Source: Lama guanicoe (taxonomy: Eukaryota). From it: a stretch of 64,000 nt of DNA. Shown here piece after piece: positions 11,555 to 24,600 of this stretch. A model generated the notes under the pieces. It did not search any database and was not told the origin of the DNA. It saw nothing but the letters and a program-made list of their open reading frames with translations. Both the position numbers and the translations under genes were made by a program. The stretch covers positions 744,001 to 808,000 of the forward strand of contig MU053472.1 of NCBI GenBank assembly GCA_013239625.1. The letters are read 5' to 3'. Position 1 is the first letter of the stretch. Every line of letters starts with the position of its first letter.

Positions 11555-14390
11555 GGAAGAGAAGAAAAAACAGAAGGAAGAAAAATCACTAACAAAATGA
11601 TTTCAAGAAAACTCCCCAGGACTGAAACATACAAGTCACTGGACTGACAAGGTAAGCAGGCACTCTGTACAGTGATGAAAGCACATCCACACTGTCATGG
11701 AATTCCAGAATTCTTTGGAAAAGAGAAGCCTCTAGCTTCCAGACAGGGAGGGAAAAAAGTAAGATCAGGAATCAGAATGGCTTCTCACTTACCAATAGCA
11801 ACACTGGAAGGTGGGAGGCAATGGGACAGTCTATAGACTTCTATACACAGTGAGTCTATCAATTGTGATGACAGAATAAAGGTATTTGCAGACAATCAAG
11901 GTCTAAAAAAGCTCCCCTCTCACACACCCTTCCTCAGCAAGCTACTAGAGGATATGCTTCAGCAAAACAAGAGACTAAGCCAAGAAAGTCCTGACTAGGA
12001 GAGCCACAGAAGCAGGAGCGAAGGTAACCCCAGGATGATGATAAAGGGAGGTCCCAGCGTGAGAGCTGGACACCACAGGAGGCTAACAGTCCAGATCGGA
12101 GTGGGTCAAAAGGTTCTGGGAGAGACTTCTTTAGGAAGATAAACTGGCAGAATATCTGATGCAACTGGATATCTTGGGAGATTCAGGCAACTAGAGAAAA
12201 GTTTAGGCTTTGAAAACAAAGTAAACAAAAATGTAACATTATTAACTCTAGAAAACAAAACGACGTGTGGGAAAGGAAAAATAATCATAGTATATATATT
12301 ACAGAGCTCAGCTGCAAACAGTGTTTACACAGACATAATAATGTAAACACGGACTACTGATCTAACCAAACGACAATATAACCAAGAAGGGACAGAAAGT
12401 GTGCATGAGTGTAGTAGGAATGAGGGCTAAACCCTTATTTTCATAATGAGGAACCAATAAATAATGCTTAAACTGAAAAATCTAGTAGAAACAAACCATG
12501 TCAATTATAAAGATATAGAGAAATGGAGATAAATTCATAAATTCAAAAAAATAATAAAATTTTAAAATATAATTGTTGCTTCAGGAGAGTGGGTTATGGC
12601 AAGGGGGTGGGGTGTACAGTCAGCAGATACAGGTTTTCATAACAAGCTTTGTAGAATTATTTGACTCTTTAAATTTAAATTACTCTAAGTATATTATTTA
12701 TATAGAAAAGGAACATTCAGAAAACAAGACTTCTCAGAGATTAAAAACACAATTGCAAAAAAAAAATAAAACACAAAAAGAACTGGGAAATCAAACTCAA
12801 AATCTTTCTGAACACAGACACAGAAAAATCACAAGAAAGATGGAATATGTCAGAGAAAAAACACCTAAGAGACAAAACACTAATCCACTTTAATATCTAA
12901 AAGAGAGCAGAGATAATGGAAGGACGGAAATTATCAAAGAACTATTAAAAGAGATTTTCCCAAAACTGAAGGACCAAAATCTTCAGACTAAAAGGGCCCA
13001 GTAAGTACTCAGCACAATGAATAAAAAGGACCCAGACGTAGACATCTCTTCAGGCAATTTCAGAAAACCAAGAACACTGAGAAGATCCCAAACACTCCCA
13101 GAGAACAGAAACAAGTCACCTACAAAGGAATGAGACTCAAGCCTGCACCACCTTCTCTCAGACAGCTCCCTGGATGGCAGAAGGCAACATGGCAGGTAGC
13201 AGGCTGAGCAATGGCCCCCCACAAAGAAGTCCACATTCTAATCCCCAGAACCTGTGAATACGTTACCTTACAAGGCAAACGGGCTTCGCAGATGAGATTA
13301 CACTGAAGATCTGTGATGGGGAAATTATTCTGAATTAGCTGGGTGGGCCCAATGTAATCACAAGGTCCTTATGAGAGAGGCAGAAAAGGAAAGCTTGGAG
13401 TGATGGGACTGCTGGTTTGAAGCTAGAAGACAGCCATGAGCCAAGAAATGCTGGCAGCCTCGAGAAGCTGGAAAAAGCAAGGAAACAGATGCTCCCCTAG
13501 AGTCTCTGGAAGGAGCAGAGCCCTGCTGACACCTGGGCTTTAGGATTTCTAACCTCCGGCCCCATGAGATACTAAATTTGTGCTGTTTTAAGCCACAAGC
13601 TTGACATAATTTGCTGCAGTAACAATAGGAAACTAACAGGGGGCAGCACCTTCAAGTTCTAAGAGAAAGTAACTTTCAACCCAGAAATTTATACCCAATC
13701 CATTAAGAACATCTTAAAGAAGAATGAAGGCAGAGGATTTTTAAATCTACAAGAGGTCAGGTAACTGGGTCCCCCTGCATGTTTGGCAACAAACTGATAA
13801 ACTGAGATACAGGAAGACAAGAGTCAGAACACAGCTCCATCCCAGAAGAGCAGCAGCAGTAGTTCCAGGAGGACTCGGTGCATGGATCCCAGAGATCAAC
13901 CCGCTCAAGTGGGAAAAATGCAAGGGGAGAGAAGGCAGGATTTACAGTTTGGGGGAAGAAAGATTGAGATGACAAATCTGAGCTATGAGGGGGAAAAGAG
14001 TGCAGAGTTCCAGGAAAAAGTGATATAATAGATTAACAGTCCAAATGTGAAGCAAACTAAAATACAGCATGACTTTAGCAACTAATGGAGAGTCAAAAAG
14101 ATCTACTCAAACTAGGTACTACGAACTTCTATGAAACTAGGAACTTGTATGAAACTAGGAACATTCTCCTTTGAAGGGCCTACGAGCCAGGCCTCGGAAC
14201 ACACAGGAAAGAAAAAGCAATTTTCCAGTTCTTCCCTGCTGGGGTATTACACCTTATTTACATGATAATAACACATTGTTACTGCATTTTACTGGTTTTC
14301 AACTTCTAGGGTCAACATATGGTTGAAGCACTGAAATCCCGGTTGAAGCTGCAGGGCAGAACGTAGAAGTGTAGTGGAAAGAAGACGCAA
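11555..14390 (+). mobile_element. Degenerate L1 ORF1-like/HAL1 fragments (two copies), interrupted by an MLT1 LTR
   Basis: A-rich + strand with decayed ORF1-type motifs near 11.6-11.95 kb and 12.9-13.2 kb. Subfamily and boundaries uncertain. Confidence 0.5.
13188..13638 (+). mobile_element. MLT1 (MaLR, MLT1D-like) solo LTR
   Basis: AATGGCCCCCC...CTAATCCCCAGAACCTGTGAATACGTTACCTTAC...GGGTGGGCCCAATGTAATCACAAGG...AATAGGAAACTAACA. Confidence 0.85.
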
Positions 14391-14399
14391 TGACTACCT

Positions 14400-14966
14400 C
14401 ATACCTTCTCAAAATTTCTACTACCTCCCCCCTATTCCTCATCCCCAATTTATGACCTTAGTTTCTATTTCAAAAACACCCAGAACAATCAGAAGGGAAT
14501 TTTCACAGACTCCCACCTGTCACTACAGTTAAACTGTGCCCATGAAGACCAAAGGTCCTCTTCTTGTGCCGTAGTCCCACATCACCCACCTCACCTCAAG
14601 GACATTGCTACAGCAGATACTAGCCCCCACGCCCCGCATCATCAATTTCCCCTCTCTGCTGCATCATTTTTATCGACATACAAACATTATGTTACTCCTC
14701 CCATCTCAAAAACAAAAACACTTCTTTCTTGACTCCACATCATTCTCCATCTAATGTCCCATTTCCCCTCTAAAGTAACATTGCAAGAAAGAGCTGTCTA
14801 TACCATCTCAAATCCCTTTATCCCATCCTCTCACAAACCCATTCCAGTCTAGCCCATATCCCTCCTACTCCACTGAAACAGCTCATTAAGGTCACAGATG
14901 ACCACCATGTTGCTGAATGAAATGGTCAGTTCTCAATTTTTATCTGACTTAACCTGTTAGTAGCAT
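14400..14966 (+). mobile_element. L2 LINE fragment
   Basis: C/T-rich L2 motifs: CTCCACTGAAACAGCTC...AAGGTCACAGATGACCACCATGTTGCT...AATGGTCAGTTCTCA. Confidence 0.8.
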
Positions 14967-16416
14967 TCTCTTCTTTCATACCAGAGGATAAATAAATCAA
15001 GAAACATATAAACAAATTATCTAAAATTATTAAAGGAAAACAGGAATAGAATAAGACTGAATGGATGGCAAAGAGCTGTTGTCTTCCTGAATGCTTCTGT
15101 ACCGTTTACCGTACTTCTGTATAATTTTAGTAAAATGATTTAAGGCTAGGTTTTAAGACAAATAACAACAATAAGGTAGAGCAGCATCTCACGCAGAGGT
15201 TAGGTTCTAAAGTCTGAGCATAAAGCAAAAATCAAGTTCTCACAAAACTACTTTAAAAATCCCTAAAATCACCCATAAATCACAGAACCACAGTCTCTCC
15301 TCAAGTTCAACCGAGTCAGTTTCTCCCCTCAAACACTACAACTGCTTCATCAATGAAACACAAGACGATTACATTTAGGGACAGTGCCGTACAAAGACCA
15401 CGGGCTGTAACTTAATCACAAGATTTGAGATTCGCGGTCTGTCTGATGAGATGCTCACCAGAGAGGTCCCTGGGCACAAAGAGTTACTGCGGCACCACTG
15501 ACCACCTGCCAGCGCTGCTGACTCCGGGGCACTGGCTCACTGAGGGAGACAGCAGCAGAATTACCGGCTCTACTTAAGCTGGTTCTGCCTCCCTCTTCTT
15601 CTCTTGGCCAGGCACACACAGTTAGAGGTGAGTTCACTAGATGTCCATGTAAAGAGGCTGCAACATGCAGTGATGTGCACACCTTCACTGTGCGTGCAGT
15701 AGACAGGGTGATCCGACCATGTGCACCGCCACTACTGTTACTCCCACTACTGCTGCTACTGCTACAAGCCAGGGCTGCCTCCTTACCTAGCTCATCACTA
15801 GTAAAGACTGTTTCTGGGGCTGAAGACACGTTAATTCCTAAGAAACCCAAAACATTAAAGCAAGCGTTCTGATGAGCTTGGCTGCAGTAGTTTTCAAGCT
15901 CACACGGCTCCGTGAGCCATCCAGGGCTCATCTTTTGGGGGGCAGGTGGAATCTCCTCCTAGTTCCCCCACTTGGTTGCTTTGGAAAAGCACTTGCTCTG
16001 TGACCCAACTTTATTCTCTACATAGTATAAATGCCTAATAAACCAGGTTGGACAAATTAATAGCTCAAAAGGGACCAGACGTCTTCCTACACAGAACTCA
16101 GTCTCTAAGAACCAGACAAAACATAGCGTAGATTTCAATGCTAAGTCAACAGGCATTATGTAAATATCAAATGGAAAGTTATCAAGAAACAACTGCCTTC
16201 ATCTCTCACACACCGTTCAGGAAAAATAAGACATCAATAATACTCTGCAGTGGCAGGAATATAGGAAAACGATGGTTACAGATGAGAATTTAAATTGTTA
16301 CAATTCTTCTAAGGGCCAATTCGGCAGTATCTTCCAAAAGGCTTAAAAACAAAAAACAACAAAATAAAACCTACAATCCCTTTGTCCCAGCAATCAAATT
16401 TCCAGGAAATGTAAAT

Positions 16417-16740
16417 CGGGGTTGTCCAATACAGTATCCACTAGTCACACATGGCTACTGAGGACTCAAAACAGTTCGCCCAAATTGAGATGAGCTGTTA
16501 GTGTAGAATACACTCTAGACTTCAAAGACTTGACATGAAAAAATACACATAAAATATCTCATTAATATTTATTTATCATCTACATGTTAAAATTCTAATA
16601 TTTTTAATACACTGAGTTAAATAAAATATGTTACAAAAATTAATTTTATCTGTTGCTTTTTATTATGTTTTTAAATGTGGTTACCAGGAAATTTAAAATT
16701 ACACATGTGACTTACACTATATTTCTATTGGACGGTGCTA
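16417..16740. mobile_element. MER33-like hAT-Charlie MITE, inserted in an old L1 fragment (~16200-17220)
   Basis: Terminal inverted repeats ...TGTCCAATA / TATTGGAC..., sub-terminal CACATGGCTA/CACATGTGAC, AT-rich interior, ~324 bp. Confidence 0.8.
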
Positions 16741-19700
16741 CTTTCAGACAAACCGCACAAATATGTATGTACAAGGATGTTTATCAAAGCATGCTTTATA
16801 AAGGGAACAGTTAAAATAAACCTAAGTTTCCATCAATACAGACTGGCTACATAAATTACACTAAATCCATAAAATGGAATATTCTGTAACCACTGAAAAT
16901 GCTGATGTACATCTAAATATACTGACATGAAATAATATATTAAATAGAAAAAATAAGCTTACAAAATAAGGAATATTTATAAGATTCCATTTTTGTTTTA
17001 AAAAGGTGTGTGCGTGTGTATGTGTGTGCATGTGTGTAACACAGAAAAGGGTCTGAAAGGATATTCATCGAAACGACAACTGTGGTTACCTCTGGGCAGT
17101 AGGATTACAGGTAATCCTTATTTTCTTCTTTGTGCTTTTATGTATGTTCTGAATTTCTGAAGTAGGCATGACATAATTTTATAATTAGAACAGTAAAGCT
17201 ATTTTTTAAAAATGATAGCCATCGGCTGAGACAAAAAGATCAACCTTCCTCACATCGTCTTGGCTAGATGAAGCCTATGGTAATAAGGGTCCTTAATCCT
17301 ACACTTGGAGAACCTTGCAAGTGACTGCGTCCCAAGCAATACTTAAACCTATCCCAAGTAATTAAGACTATTTCAGGGTTCTACAGATCATTTGTGAGAA
17401 CTCTGCCATGAACCCATAAAGTGTTAATTGAGAGAACGCTGAAATAGATGTTCATAGATTTGTCACCTAAGGCAACCAAGTAATTAAAAAAGGGGGAATT
17501 TCGCTGACAATATCGGTTGCCTATGGGAAAGGGAACTGGGTGGCAGGGGTACAGGGCGAGAAGGAGGGTTTTCTTTATTTAGTCATTAGCAGCTTTTTAA
17601 CTTTGAGTCATGTGATGTACTGCCTACTTAAAAATAAAATTTAAAAAACAAAACAGAAACATTATCTATCAAGACTCTGACTGCGATGACTTACTCAAAA
17701 TTGAACAAGTTATTCTTTAAGGTGTCTGTTAGTGCTGAGGTCAAATTGGCATTAAAAATTTTAGTCTATTCGAATCAAAACAGTTGAGGGATTGAGAGAA
17801 GGGCCACAGAGGGATGAGAGGGTGAACATAAACTAGAAGCGGGAGGATCGAGGGGGATAAAATGTAATTTATTACTTGTGGAATTTTATAAATAAAAAAT
17901 TTCAACACTTCCTCTATATTTATACTACATTATACTGTGTTCTTGGGGTTTTTGTTTTTTTTTTTTAGCTTATAGGAAATAACAAAATGTCAACTATTGT
18001 TTCTATTAAAGGTCTTTAACGATATTGCATTTTAGACCTATAATGATACATGGTGCTCACTGCAGTTTGTAATGTAACTCATTAAATACATTAATAACGT
18101 GCATTTCACTAAAAGGTCAACTTATTATGGCTGAAATTTGGCTTTCCTTTAATCACTTCATTTAAAGCTACAGAGCAAACACAAAAAGACAATAGAGAGC
18201 GCCTGTTACAGGAACGCTCTCCATTCCCCCTGTTCAAACCAGGTATGCTTATTAAGAAATTACTTTTAACATTCGTATGTGAAATAATGGTATTGTGATT
18301 TTTTTTAAATCCTTTCTCTTACAGATCCATGCTGACTTACTGATAAAATGGTAGGATGTCGGGTATGTGCTTCAAAATAATCCAGAAGTAGGGGGAGAGT
18401 TACTGTAAGTACATGAAATAAGACTGGCGTGAGCTGATAACTGCTTAGCTGTACAATTCTCTCTACTTTTATATAGGTTTGGTATACTCCATTAGGAAGA
18501 GTTTTAAATAACTCTTGAGGTTTCCTTAAATAATTTGCCTTCTTCCTTATATCGTTGCCACCAACATAAAAGAACCTCCTCCTAATGCTACAGAGGCTTT
18601 TAAAAGAAAATCAGAGAGGAAAAGCAAACCTCTTTAGAGAAATGGTTTTGTGCATGGAAAATCTCGTAATTTTGCTAAAGTTACTTCTGACTAACCACTT
18701 ATGCAACCATTAAACATTAAAAAGTGCCTTTGAAATTATTTCGCAGCAAGCGCTACGATCACCCAGGTGACTGGGGTCTAAGTGCTTTGGGGAAGAAACG
18801 AGATATTTACTTAGTTTCTGAGAAGCAGAGTTTCGGGTGCTTAAGGTACAAAGGCATGCTGCTCAGGACTTGACTGTGGCTAAAATACGGCTGGAAGTCT
18901 GCTCTGCTTTAGAGGCTGTTGTTAGGACTCTGAGAGTACGTGACAGCACCAAGGAGAGAATATATCAAGAAAACACAGCCTGAGAAAGGATCCTGAGAAC
19001 AAATGCAATGAAACTGACACTGAGGGGATAAAAGAAGAGTCTGAGAGGAGGAGAACCCACATAGCACATGCAGCATCACAAAACCAAAGGGAAATATTTC
19101 AAGGAAAGGTTGAATGCTTCAAGGAGGCAGTTGCTGGGTTTGGCAATAAGGAAATCTCTGGTTACTTTTTCATAGTCATAAGAGGCCAAAGCTGAATTAT
19201 AAGTATTATAGTAGAATATAATGCTACCCATGTTTCAGAATAAATGGTTAATTTAAATCATACAGGGGAATTTGAATACTAATTAAAAGTCAAAAAACAC
19301 TGAAGACAGAGGGAGATGATGGTTAGTTCCACTGATGACCATCATTCACAAGGATGAACACTGCCAAATGCCTCTTCCCGCAGAAAAAAGAGACGTGTAC
19401 CTAACGTGTGTGCTGTGCTGTGTGCGAGACACTGTGCAATGCTTTATATCAATTATGCCCCTTAATCCTCACAACCATATCATCCCCATTTTACTGTGAA
19501 GTTAAGTAACTTGCTCAAGGTCACATAGCTAATCCACTGCTGAGCTGGAATCTAAACCCAGGCAGTCTGACCTTACTGTAAGACAAAACAAACTGAAAAG
19601 AGATTTAATTAAAGAAAACAAGTCCCACTGTTCGTTTTGGGGTCAATACAACTCAGCCTACGTACAACTCAGCCTACGTTCCACACCAGCTGTATAACAC

Positions 19701-21537
19701 AGTATAAACTGCTCATTCAAAGTAATGTAACCAAGAAATTTTTCTTAAACTCTATTTACCGAGATGAGGAAATACACAACATATTATATCATATTGTCAT
19801 AAGAAGGGTGGAAATAAAAATTAGCTAACCTCGAATGTGTGGAAATTCTGGTTATTAGAAAACTCTTCACCCTCCCATCTTAGAATATGTGATACCAAAC
19901 AAACATTCCTTTCTTCTCCCTCTTTTGCTGTAACCCATCCCAGACTGGAGACATGTATCAGATTAACCAGAGTTCACCAATGAGACAAAGAGGCAATTGG
20001 TTGAGTACAAAAAAACAGATTAAAAAGATCAGAACAATCGCAAAATAAAAGTTAAGTAACATTAAAATAGCTGAGGAAACTAAATTGTATCCAAGAATAG
20101 AAATGTGTTCATTATACCTAGCACTGACTAACCCTTAAAATATCTGTATTTTGAGATGAATTCAAAAAGAAAGGGGTGCGGGGTACGCTCAAGCAAGAAG
20201 TGAAATGAGTAACAAGATGGAAAAGGCCTTATCATGAAACAATTGAGACATTTAATCTAGAGCAGTTCAAGTCTCAATCTAAAAATATCGGGGAATCAGG
20301 GTACTAGGGCATTAAAAATAGCAGAGAAGTGCTCCAAAAATCTCAAAAATGTTGAAAACCACCAAACTATCCTTTATTAAAGGGAAGAATCGAGGAAAGA
20401 GCTGGAGGAGGGGCTACCAAAGGCCCACTCTCACAGCATCTGCAGGCTTCCTGACTTCAAGTACAGCAGGACACAGCCTAGAAGCTGGCCCCTAAGAAGT
20501 AATTCCTAATTAAACCAGGTAGTCTCTGCCAAGAAGGGTTCACAGAATTCCCTACCCAAGAAATCCTACCCACTTATCTTAAACGGTTTAAGGTGATTCT
20601 ACCAAGAGACAGACACCAAGTCAGAAGTCCTCCTCCTCAGGTCCCTTCTGACTCCGTGATACTATAAAATAGGTTTCAAAGAGCAAATGAAAACACTAAG
20701 TCTCAGCATGCAAATAAAGCGTGCAGAGTCCAGCCGTTGTGCACTCACCCCAAAGCCTCCCTGTTCCCCAGTCCTTTGCTCCCACTGGGCATAAAGGAGG
20801 CAGCGTGGTGCGGAAGGCAGGTCCTAGCCCATGAGGGAGAAAATCTGGAGGAGCCCATCTCCGCCATGCCTGACAAGCTCTGTAACTTTGGGCAAATCAT
20901 TGTCTCTGGCTCTTGGTTCTCTCATCTGTAAAACGAGGCGGTTGGGAACCAACCACTTTCTAAATTCCTCTTCGCTTCTAAAATTCTTGGACTTTACAGT
21001 TCAGCAATTCTCTTTCTTAACTTTTCCCTCCCTCTGGAGTCATCACCTTGCCTCACTCTACGCAGCCCAAAGGCAGATATGAAGAAGGCTATCTTAGCAT
21101 GCTGTTCTAGAAGCCGCCCAACAAGGAAAGGCTGGGTTTAAGCACGTGATACAATCGACTTAATCAAACTGAGCCAAGTCATTCATTGTCTCCTTCTCAT
21201 TTTATATCTGTGGGTTTCCTCTGAGCATTAAACAAGTAACTCAGAAAGCCAAGGAGAGAGGTAGGGGAAAGTGAGAGCAGGTATGAAAAAAAATGGAATA
21301 CACACCTGTTACTATCTGTTATGTGAATACACACCCGATCTGTTTCGATCAAAACTGTTTTCATTCGATAAGAGGGTTATATCGCTACTTTATTTTTAAA
21401 CTTAACACCACTATTTCATACCGTATTGTCACTAAAACCAATTCTTCTCAACTCTGCGGTGCTGTGAATACAATCCCAGTATTTCCCAGTGGACCCCAGT
21501 GGTTCTAAGTATCCCAATACAGCAGAAGTATTCTTAC

Positions 21538-21675
21538 TGTTTTTTAGGGCGCTGGCAAATTCCGGGCCACCTTTGTCCTTGAAAATAGGGAAAACATCTG
21601 GTTGAGGAAGCTGATTGGTGGTCAGCAGAGCTTTCTGTAGTTTGATCCTTCCTTCCAAGAGCTGGTCCCACAGTG
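21538..21675 (-). CDS. AATF: AATF exon 4
   Basis: Acceptor ctcag|[47 protein letters not shown]; donor A|GTAAGA; 138 nt. Confidence 0.97.
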
Positions 21676-24600
21676 CTGAGAAAGAGGAAAGAATTCCATT
21701 CCTCAGTCATGAAATCTTCCTGGGGCAGGGAGACAGGGAGGGGCAGGGAAAGCAGACCAGCCTCTTAAGCAGCATGGCTTTATCATAGCTTCGTGCCCCA
21801 GAAACACTCTACTATAGGAACCAAACCCAGGGTCTCAAAGCAAACTGACTTGCTGTGTGAGAGAGAGAAAGCTAAAGCCCAAGAGGAGGAGGAGACACTC
21901 TCCCATCTTCCAGCGGCTAGAGGTCCTGGGGCAGAACCAGCTGGGCCGCTCAGCGCAGCAGTGGCCGGCTGAGCGTGAAGGAATGGCGCTTTAGGCCTCC
22001 AGGTGAGCGGGCCATGTCACCTACTAACTGGAAGGACACAGGAGGGAGCAAACAGCCAAAAACAAATCAACAAGAAGGGAATGAAATGCAGACACTCTGA
22101 AAAACAAGCAGATAGCGAGCTGTGTACAAACCTATCTGGTTCTTCACAGCTCGGCCTTTCTCCACTTCCTCGGAAACCTTGACACCGGAGAAAGTCATCA
22201 CCACCCCATCGTCCTCACTATTCCTGTCTTCAGCCTTGTCTTCCTCACTCTCATCTTCAAAGTCTTCCTCAGCATCCCCTTCTTCCATACCGCTCTCCTG
22301 CTCTTCGTCTTCCTCCTCCTCACTGCTGCCCAGGTCGTCCATTCCTTCGGTAAATTTTTCAAAGTCACTGATGCTCTGGACACTGAAGCCAGATGCTTTC
22401 CTGGAGCGGCTTCTCCTCTTCTTCCAGGCCAGACCACTGTCCCCATCGTCACTGCACTCCTGTTCCTCAGCACTCATGGCATCCTCATCAAAATCCTCCA
22501 GACCCAGCCTCTCAGAATCTCCATCTCCAGACCCTTCTTCATCAGATATTTCTTCAGCTAAACAAGGGAGGGAAGAAGGGAAGAAGGGAAGAAAATAGAT
22601 GTTACCTTGAGACAAATACTAAGCTGTATCTTTCATTTTAACTAAAGGACCATGGCATCTATCCAAAAAAAAGTATTACTGTACTCAATTCTACTCAACA
22701 AATATTTATCACACATCTACTATCTCTAAAATGCTAAAGCACAGAAGCAAAAAGAATAAAACATGGGTCCCATCCTAATTCCCTGGTGGGAAAAACAGAC
22801 TCATAAAAAATACTGTAATACAGGAAAGAATTAAAAGTGCTTTGACAAAGTTTTGAGAACCAAGACGAGGAAGAAATTTTAACTGTAGGAGTAAGTGAAT
22901 TTAAGAAATTTTATAAGGAAAAGGTAGCCTTCGGTCTGAACTTTGACAAACAGTCACACTTCAACTGGTGTGAGAGAACTACTGGTTTTCCCAAACATGT
23001 GTCTGAAAGAAACACAGTTCATTATTACCAATCCCAAATGCACAATCTCTATCACAACAGTGTACTCTATTAAGAGGAGGAGGAAGGAAAAGAAAAGCAG
23101 CAGATGCAGATGTCCAGCCCACAAAAGTGCTCTGGGGTACAGAAGGGTGGGGTATGAGCCCAGAGAGTTGCTCAGGGGCCAAATGGGGGGGGGCGGTCCT
23201 TGTCTTCCAAGGGAAGGACTTTGAACTTGATCCCTCAGTAAATGGAATGTGAGCTATGGCTCCTGATTTTACTTACGCTTAGGGTATCCTGATACTGACA
23301 GGTCTTTAGTGATTATGCAATCTCTTCCATGGTAGAACATAAAGGTCCCATGTACAGGAAGCATAAGCGTTAGATACAGGGACCTGCTACCAACAACTTT
23401 CTTTATAAAATAAAGATTTTATGAAAACGTGGTAAGTCTTAAGTACTTCAAGGAACAGTATAGAAACTTAAGACAGAGAAGGCTGTCAAAACTATAAATA
23501 CGCAAACTAAGTGAAAAATAGTAAAGCGAAATAATCCTTTAAGTTCTTTACACGTATGCTATTTCTCAAATAAAGAAACATTTATAAGGAGTAGTAGCTA
23601 AAAGTATAGCTCTTAGGGTCAGACTGCCTTATTTGAGTTCTGGCCTGCATTTACTAGCTTTATGACCTTAAGCAAGTTACTTAACCAATGTGTCCCCTCA
23701 ATTTCCTTATCTGTAAAATGGGGATAAATAGTACCAACCTCACAGGGCTGATGGGAGGATTAAATGAGACAATACACTTAATGATAATAGTGATAACATT
23801 TTCTGAGGACTTACTATGTCCCAGGCTCTCAGAACTTAGAAAGCTTACCACCATGCCTGACACAAGCTGAGAGCTCAATAAATATTACATTTGTCTCAGG
23901 ACTAATCTGTCTATCAGTCTTTAAGTAAAGAATATGAAATGAGCTCATCACCTGGGACCCCTCAGAACTGTATCAAGGACTAAATCATGGCTATCATAAC
24001 ATGAGTGATTACTTCTTTTATATTATCTGTAAACTCTCAACATGGTCCCTCTGACCTCACTAAAGGAAAACAAATGGCATGCACCCAATAATCACCACAT
24101 CCAGCCCCTTCTTCCACTCAGAGAAACTCACAACCTTTAAGACTGTAAGCTCACATCCCCCTAACTCTTGCAGGGAGCAGAATTATGGATATAATGTGAT
24201 GGATCTTGTTATTTTTACAATGGCAAAAAATGAGGGTCACAAGTTAATATTAGACAGTAACTCAATGCAAGACTTGAAAAAACTAAGGAAAAGGGTCAAA
24301 ATCCAGGAGTAGCATGTTCATCAGACACAATTCTTTCTCAACACATAGCCCTCTCCAATATCCAACAACCAATGCCTTTTCTCTCACCCCATTTTAGGGT
24401 GAACGATTCACGCAAACAAACATAAGGAGTATAGCTCCAGGCTTTGGATTCCTTATGAAGTGAATAAAGTACTTCTAAGGACCCTTTCTAATGTCAAATC
24501 AATAGTCTCTCCTAAAATAATAGGTGAGGCATCCAGACTAGTCTTAAAGAGATCATCCAAAAAAAAAAAGATTTTAACCCAAAAAATTAGGAAAGAGTAC

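Larger units (their letters stand above)
1..21537 (-). other. AATF: AATF intron 4 (partial, >21 kb)
   Basis: Begins with GTAAGA after exon 4; no AATF exon-5-like coding sequence recognised; repeat-rich and AT-rich. Confidence 0.8.

Noticed and set aside
22122..22598. 158 aa Ser-rich + strand ORF
   Set aside because: Antisense mirror of the Glu/Asp codons of AATF exon 3.
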